Virus record (IMG/VR): IMGVR_UViG_3300042988_000102
Span: 1 to 35,759 of that record
Reading direction: 5' to 3' (one strand)
Length of the DNA: 35,759 bases
DNA from: a virus
Taxonomy: Duplodnaviria > Caudoviricetes
Of this stretch, positions 33,354 to 35,759 are shown one piece after another (within the stretch, counting starts at the first letter, position 1; every line of letters begins with the position of its first letter). A program made the position numbers and the translations under genes. The notes beneath the pieces were generated by a model. The model made no database searches. It saw nothing but the letters and a program-made list of their open reading frames with translations, and had not been told where the DNA came from.

Positions 33354-33682
33354 TGCATCGCCTTGTCTGTTGCTCTGTTAGTTGCTTCCTCACTACGCCA
33401 AACGTCAACCCTCATCCTTGCGGCTTCTAGCTTCCATTTGAGCATTTCCTCTATTTCAATGGCGCTTGCCAAGCCTTCCAAAAGCTCCAAATACTCAGGA
33501 TGCGCATAGGCTTCGCGTTCTTGTGCGTTTGCCGCCTCAATGCCTCTGAGCATCGCATCTCGCATCAATAAAGCCTTTTTAGACTTTCTGAATTCTTCAA
33601 GATGAACCCTTTTTGCTTTTGCGGCAGCAAAGTGCTTTGCGTTAGCCAAGATGAAATCAATGGCTTTTTGTGGTGCGCTCAT
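33350..33682 (-). CDS. Conserved coiled-coil hypothetical protein
   Basis: LEEFRKSKKALLM, QEREAYAHPEY, WRSEEA. Confidence 0.75.
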   Translation of the reverse strand: MSAPQKAIDFILANAKHFAAAKAKRVHLEEFRKSKKALLMRDAMLRGIEAANAQEREAYAHPEYLELLEGLASAIEIEEMLKWKLEAARMRVDVWRSEEATNRATDKAMQ

Positions 33683-33885
33683 TTTGTTTCCAGTTCAATC
33701 AGCAAGTCCACAAAATGCTTGATCTTTTCTAAGTCCTTAATACCACCTTTATCCCGCCACCTAGTCGCATATTTGATGATGCAACCTTCAATGAATGGGA
33801 TTTCGTTTAAATGGATGTAATACACAGGCTGAATTCTCAGCTTTTTGTAGTGATTTCCATCAACTTGGTTGTCTAACGCGCTCAT
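33679..33885 (-). CDS. DUF3310 (SaV / T7 gp1.7-like) protein
   Basis: QVDGNHY, IQP, F.EG..IKY..RW..KGG..DLEK..H. Confidence 0.85.
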   Translation of the reverse strand: MSALDNQVDGNHYKKLRIQPVYYIHLNEIPFIEGCIIKYATRWRDKGGIKDLEKIKHFVDLLIELETK

Positions 33886-34172
33886 TTAATTGCCCCTATA
33901 AATTTCAAAGCCTCATCAGGGCTTTCTACAACGCCCAAGAAGGCGCATTTCCATTCCTCATGCCACTTCACTTGATCGTCTGTCAATCTGCGCTGTGATG
34001 GCGCTTTCCTGCCATCCTTGACCTCAATAAGATAGAACGTGCCTTCGTATTGGCAAAGCAAGTCAGGTACGCCCTTACCAATAGCCGACAAATCTTGAAC
34101 TTTAGCGCCAGCCGCCCTAAGCGCACTGACCACCTGAATTTGATTTGCATCAGTCCTTGCAGCACGCCTCAC
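33882..34172 (-). CDS. VRR-NUC (PD-D/ExK) nuclease / resolvase
   Basis: DANQ, GVPDLL, LIEVKDG, LTDDQ..W. Confidence 0.85.
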   Translation of the reverse strand: MRRAARTDANQIQVVSALRAAGAKVQDLSAIGKGVPDLLCQYEGTFYLIEVKDGRKAPSQRRLTDDQVKWHEEWKCAFLGVVESPDEALKFIGAIK

Positions 34173-34324
34173 TTAGTCTCCAAAGGTAACTCAACAACAG
34201 GCAAAGCCAGCATATTTTCTTTGGCGTACTCAAACCCAAGGTCGTAAGCGTTGCTCATTGCGGTTACTGTGTTTTCATCGCATCCAACGCCTCGCAGCAT
34301 TGCAATCATGTCATCTTTGCTCAT
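34169..34324 (-). CDS. Small hypothetical protein (MSKDDMIAML..., 51 aa)
   Basis: Translated by hand, with overlaps at both ends. Confidence 0.6.
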   Translation of the reverse strand: MSKDDMIAMLRGVGCDENTVTAMSNAYDLGFEYAKENMLALPVVELPLETK

Positions 34325-34458
34325 GTGTTCTTCTCCTTAGATTTATTTATCCAGCACACCCAGTGGTAAACAGTGCCTGAATCATTCCAAAATCTATCCC
34401 CAACCTTAAACAGCCCAAAGCATCGTGGGCATTGATGTGGTTTGAATAAAGAGTTCAT
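34321..34458 (-). CDS. Small zinc-finger protein (CxxC..HxxC, 45 aa)
   Basis: MNSLFKPHQCPRC...VYHWVCW with an AAGGAG RBS. Confidence 0.6.
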   Translation of the reverse strand: MNSLFKPHQCPRCFGLFKVGDRFWNDSGTVYHWVCWINKSKEKNT

Positions 34459-35379
34459 GTCTTACTCCTTAATGCCGTGGGCGGCTTCGCGTTTTGCCAG
34501 AAAGTCATCATATGTATGGCCCGCTGCGTGATGCCGAATCCATGCGTTGTATTCGTCTGAGACAGCTTGAAGTGTTTTCAAGTCTGGCGACTCAATAGAT
34601 CGCACGAATGGGTGTAAGTCTGCGTCTTCAATCACCCATTGGTCGCCATTCCATTTACCACCACACTGTTTGAACTTTGCTTCAATCTGCTCATCCGTCA
34701 CGGGTTGCCGTCCCGTAGGGACATATGGTGTGGTGTAGAGAGGTTCAGCGTCTTTGATTCGCGTCTGCCAATCGCTTCCGCTACCGCTATCGATGTACTT
34801 GTAGCCATAGCCATCAAAGTCATAGCGCATTGCCACAGGCTCACCCTGCTCTTGCTTGGCTGGCTGTGCTGCGGGTGGGGTGGTATCTGGTGGAAAGTTG
34901 TAATCCCAAGCATTCCAAATAGTTGTAAAAGGCTTTGGGCATTGCCCATCAGTATGCTCATGCTCTGGTCGCATACAGTTTGCGCAGCAATCCCACACCG
35001 GTTCGTTGCATTTGGGCCATCCACATTGAAGGTTATGGTTTGGACACACGCCGTTGTTTTCGCGTTTTGCCTTGCAGTGGATTGCAACAGGCTCCTGCAC
35101 AGGTGCTGGCTGTGCGGGCGGTGTGGTGTATACGCGATATTCGCCATCGGGCAAACCTTGAAGGTTTACGCTGCGAAACGCATGAATTCCGTGGGCGTGA
35201 TTAAGAATCGCCACAGGCTCACCCTGCTCTTGCTTCTCTGCCTCTGCGATGGCTAGTGCTTCACGCGCTACCACTTGAGCATCTCCAGCAAAGTGTGTGT
35301 TGCGCGGGTCAGCAATGCGCTCAAGCGCCAGCTTCATTGCTTCTTTACTCATGTCTTACTCCTTAATGCCGTGGGCGGC
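34455..35379. repeat. Exact 31-bp direct repeat bounding one gene
   Basis: TCATGTCTTACTCCTTAATGCCGTGGGCGGC at 34455-34485 and 35349-35379. Confidence 0.9.
34462..35352 (-). CDS. Mosaic multi-module hypothetical protein
   Basis: Repeated EPVA and YTTP linkers, ending AAHGIKE. Confidence 0.75.
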   Translation of the reverse strand: MSKEAMKLALERIADPRNTHFAGDAQVVAREALAIAEAEKQEQGEPVAILNHAHGIHAFRSVNLQGLPDGEYRVYTTPPAQPAPVQEPVAIHCKAKRENNGVCPNHNLQCGWPKCNEPVWDCCANCMRPEHEHTDGQCPKPFTTIWNAWDYNFPPDTTPPAAQPAKQEQGEPVAMRYDFDGYGYKYIDSGSGSDWQTRIKDAEPLYTTPYVPTGRQPVTDEQIEAKFKQCGGKWNGDQWVIEDADLHPFVRSIESPDLKTLQAVSDEYNAWIRHHAAGHTYDDFLAKREAAHGIKE

Positions 35380-35653
35380 CCAATCACGAAGCCAAGTTTT
35401 TAAAAAATCGCGCTTGCTGTCACGGTGCAGGCAAGTCCGCAGTCCGTCGATGATGCTGTCAGCCTGCTCATCCGTCAGCGGCTTGCGTTGTTGTGGTGTG
35501 GTGTAGACCTTGCGTACTTCCCAGCCGTGCAAGTGTTTTTGAGAGATCCACCATTGAGCATCGCCCTCATTGGTGTCGCACCACATCCCATCCGTTTCTT
35601 CGATGTGACGTTTCTGCCATTGGGCCACAGGCTCACCCTGCTCTTGCTTGGCT
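34832..35653. repeat. Three copies of a 26-30 bp repeat encoding KQEQGEPVA
   Basis: GCCACAGGCTCACCCTGCTCTTGCTT at 34832, 35210 and 35624. Confidence 0.9.
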
Positions 35654-35757
35654 AGTGCTTCTTCTAGGGCTTTGATGGCTTTGCCCATGCGCTCAACATG
35701 ATGAAACGGAAGCCCGCCGTTCCAAACTCCTTTGCACGCCTCAAGCGCCTGTTTCAT
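35356..35757 (-). CDS. Mosaic hypothetical protein; start probably at 132 across the circular junction (MIIEAMKQAL...)
   Basis: Same KQEQGEPVA, YTTP, TDEQ and AAHGIKE linkers as its neighbour. Confidence 0.75.
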   Translation of the reverse strand: MKQALEACKGVWNGGLPFHHVERMGKAIKALEEALAKQEQGEPVAQWQKRHIEETDGMWCDTNEGDAQWWISQKHLHGWEVRKVYTTPQQRKPLTDEQADSIIDGLRTCLHRDSKRDFLKTWLRDWAAHGIKE

Positions 35758-35759
35758 TG
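35641..35759. repeat. Second copy of the terminal 119-bp repeat
   Basis: Identical to 1-119. Confidence 0.95.

Noticed and set aside
34455-35653. CRISPR array or DGR template/variable repeats
   Set aside because: The repeats are in-frame coding linkers hundreds of bp apart. There is no cas or reverse transcriptase gene and no adenine-specific mismatch pattern.
1-35759. Alternative genetic code or stop-codon reassignment
   Set aside because: Core genes are full length under the standard code, and TAA, TGA and TAG all end genes.

Overview
This window is an apparently complete tailed-phage genome (Caudoviricetes). Positions 1-119 repeat exactly at 35641-35759, so the contig circularises to 35,640 bp, and one gene runs across the junction. 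The virion looks podovirus-like with P22-type architecture: TerS, TerL, portal, scaffold, major capsid, adaptor, gp10-like tail hub, three ejection-type proteins, an S74-chaperone tail fibre and no tape measure. A nested Rz/Rz1 pair and a GH19 endolysin indicate a Gram-negative host; a freshwater betaproteobacterium is my guess only. A divergent control region at about 4110-4240 separates a short + strand arm (ERF, YqaJ exonuclease, SSB-like protein, HNHs) from a long - strand arm (Cro-like HTH, MazG, HNH, replication initiator, PAPS-reductase-like protein, modular small genes, late genes). I found no integrase and no CI repressor. The most interesting observations are: (1) a C4/P4-CI-like antisense cloverleaf RNA with flanking cognate targets and a U-tract, placed before the replication operon; (2) RBS-masking RNA structures before three HNH endonucleases, plus an attenuator-like switch at the early/late boundary; (3) two glycosyltransferases and an FkbM methyltransferase among the packaging and head genes, suggesting virion glycosylation; (4) gene and domain cassettes bounded by exact 16-31 bp direct repeats; (5) a 24-aa motif shared by two tail proteins; (6) a small secreted four-cysteine peptide next to cro; (7) a probable ATT start codon in the lysis region. 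All functional calls come from motif recognition by eye; no searches were run.
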